The notes beneath the pieces were generated by a model. That model ran no database searches, was not told where the DNA came from, and saw nothing but the letters and a program-made list of their open reading frames with translations. Shown in pieces: positions 61,779-64,000 of a DNA stretch of 64,000 bases. Every line of letters starts with the position of its first letter. Position 1 is the stretch's first letter. This stretch comes from an uncultured Spirochaetota bacterium (GTDB lineage Bacteria; Spirochaetota; Brevinematia; Brevinematales; JAOACQ01): NCBI GenBank assembly GCA_963835575.1, contig CAWIGG010000004.1:1000016-1064015 (forward strand), given 5' to 3'. Position numbers and translations under genes: made by a program.

Positions 61779-64000
61779 TATTCATACGATAAAGTGGGGA
61801 ACAGGACGAAGGAGACGGCCCGCGAATCCACGCGAATAGGCACGAATGGAAACGGAGGGAATGAGGGCACCTCCGGCGGGGAACGGGTTTCGACGTTCCT
61901 TTATGACAAGGCGTACAGGCTGGTTAAGGCTGACTATAGCGAAAGCAAGTACGAGGAATTTTCTTACGATAATTCAGGGAACAGGCTGAAAAAAACTTCG
62001 AATTTAGACGGTTCGAATACTGTTATTACCGCCTACGTTTATGATAACGACAACCGCTTACTTTGCGAACAGAAGCCATCCGGTAATATTTCCTATATTT
62101 ATGACAAAGCCGGAAGGATTGTCAAAAAAACCGATGGGGACAAGACAGAACGTTACACCTACGACCAGAGGGATTTATTAAAGAAATTTACAGTAGAACA
62201 AAATGGGAACATAGTTTCTGTTTTAGACTACACCTATGACATTAATAATTTGCGCACCGTCAAGAAAGAAACACCGGAGACACCCGGAAGTATGGGTAAT
62301 TCTGAAATAAAATTTGTCTATGACGGGAATGATATCCTCTTTGAAGGCGGGACTTTCCATCTGACGAAGGTTGATCAGCGAAGCGGATATGAAGCCGAAA
62401 TCCAGCCTTTAAGGATAGCCGTCCACATAAAGGACGCTAACGGAAGTATCAGGGGTGAATTGTACGATGCTCCAATAACCATTGAGACAAAAACGTTTTC
62501 ATATCAGACATTCAATTTTACCGCCTTCGGCGAGCAGATGAAACTCGGCGACGAGAGCGAGGGCGAAAAGGACGGCTTAAGTTTTAAAGGCCATTACTTT
62601 GACCATAGCTCCGGCCTTTACTATGCCGTCGCGCGTTTTTACAATCCCGATACTGGACGCTTTATTTCCCCCGATCCTATCAGCGATCCTTCAAAACGCT
62701 ATTCGCCAGCCGGTTTAAACCGGTATGTCTATGGCATCAACAATCCTTTAAAATATTCCGATCCCGACGGTCAATGGGCCTTCTTCGATGACATTGCCGC
62801 GTTAATAATCGGCGCGGTAGTAGGTGCTATAAACAACATAATAACCGATATAACGAGTGGCGACTGGAAGGATATACTGGCCGATTCCATCCTTGGATCG
62901 GTAAGCGGTGCGGTGAACTTCGAGCTTCAGCATAACGCCATACCGGTTTATATAGGACTCTCGACAAGAGGCTATAGTGCCGGGGTTGGTTTCGGGTTAG
63001 GCGGCGGCGCGTTCAATGTCGGGGCGGGCTTCCATTCCGACTGGAACGGCCAGAATTACGGATTCAGCGCCAGTGCGGGTGTGGGAATGCCCGGAGGGGC
63101 TGGATTCGGGGTCTCCATCGGGGCGGACTACAGCCGGGAGAATGGATGGACAAGCAATATCGGGGCGAACGTAAGCCTCGGAATGACAAAGAATAGCACG
63201 CTGAATCTCGGCGCAAGCCTGAATTTCGACAGCGAGGGAGTGGCCGGAGGCGGCTTCACATTCGGAATGAGCGAGAGGGGAGCGGCGGACGCAAAAACCG
63301 GGGCTTATGATGTAATGGGAGCGACGGCGGGTATAAACACAGACAGATATGGAAGAGCGAGCGAAAGCCTCGGCCTGACGTACGGCCATAACGAGCTGAC
63401 GAAGGACAGCAACGGCAAATACACCAAAGATTATATGAGTTACAATTACGGGTACGGGATAAACGTCAGCGCGAACGGGAAGGTAACGCCATACGGGAAT
63501 TATTCGGCTTCGCTGTATATGGCAAAGCAGGATAATGCCGAGACGAAGAAAATGACTGACACCGGGGCGATGAAGAAGAAAGCGGATGAAGCGAAAAATC
63601 CATACGATCAATATACCTCGATGTATGGAAAGACCGAAATGACTTCCGAGCAGATCAATTTATTAAACGACTACCAGAGACAGGTTCAAGCGGTTCAGCA
63701 TGAAGTAAACAGCCAGCTTGTTCAGGAACAAGAGAATCAAAAAATTCAGGGCAAGCAGTTTGCGCAAGATATTTATGGCGGGATATTGAGAGAGAATGAA
63801 CAGGAATTACAAGCGGGGAATTCATATAAAGATCAAATGACGCATTTTACGGATGATGGCGAGGAGTATGTCAGCGTAGTTATAAAAGGGGTGAAGTTAA
63901 GTTTCGCGAAAGCGGAATTTTATATTCCAGATGACCCTAACAGTACGGAAATTACCGGTCTTGTAGATGGACGCACATGCACAAATATTTATTACGCCAT
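61779..64000 (+). CDS. orphan rhs tip cassette 3 (direct orientation), open to the window end, with a different C-terminal tip
   Basis: Hand translation in the frame starting at 61779. It reads YSYDKVGNRTKETARESTRIGTNG...YDNSGNRLKKTSNLDGSN...RFYNPDTGRFISPDPISDPSKRYSPAGLNRYVYGINNPLKYSDPDGQW, then a Gly-rich segment and a tip unlike the M23 tip (...QLVQEQENQKIQGKQFAQDIYGG...). An in-frame stop lies at 61752 and there is no ATG, so it has no start of its own. It is missing from the ORF track because no stop occurs before 64000. Confidence 0.8.

Larger units (their letters stand above)
55755..61781 (+). mobile_element. Recombinase/primase element, right copy, about 6.0 kb
   Basis: See 48187..54210. 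The outer end ...GAGAAAAAGAATAT| is followed immediately by rhs cassette 3 codons (Y S Y D K V G N R T K E). Confidence 0.75.

Noticed and set aside
48187-61781. Replicated hairpin-telomere junction, or a pure fold-back assembly artefact, as the explanation for the 13.6-kb quasi-palindrome
   Set aside because: The centre (54211-55754) is non-palindromic unique DNA with an intact TA operon. The arms differ by a 9/12-nt patch. The outer flanks are diverged rhs sequences. An assembly problem cannot be fully excluded without reads, so the related findings list that check.

Overview
The window has two parts. Positions 1-11.6 kb are a conserved housekeeping block: aroA 3' end, tRNA-Thr, rpmG, tRNA-Trp, secE, nusG, rplK, rplA, rplJ, rplL, rpoB, rpoC. 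The rest (11.6-64 kb) is accessory DNA. In order it holds: (1) a Gp49/HigB-like toxin plus HTH antitoxin module; (2) an IS1182-like insertion sequence; (3) a 3175-aa lipoprotein with a subtilisin (S8) domain and about 20 Ig-like repeats; (4) a GIY-YIG nuclease gene inside an array of about 150-nt nested palindromic elements; (5) a DUF559 endonuclease-like gene; (6) a 3602-aa RHS/YD-repeat toxin whose tip is an M23-type peptidase, followed by a signal-peptide SH3 immunity gene. Downstream the DNA is organised as nested mirror images. A 2.19-kb inverted repeat (toxin tip, immunity gene and a regulatory tail) brackets an AT-rich island. That island holds an ankyrin gene and a membrane-membrane-caspase-like operon. 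Next come two almost identical 6.0-kb inverted copies of an element carrying a SLOG/DUF2493 gene, a zf-CHC2/Toprim/P-loop primase-helicase gene and two tyrosine recombinase genes. These copies bracket a second TA module and five covarying hairpins. Each copy ends at the same codon of a promoterless rhs tip cassette: one inverted and decayed, one direct with a different tip that runs off the window. Short palindromic repeat families found between genes elsewhere in the window also occur in frame inside the rhs ORF. All calls rest on reading the sequence and the ORF track. No database search was run. Hairpin and repeat coordinates were hand-counted and may be off by a few nt.
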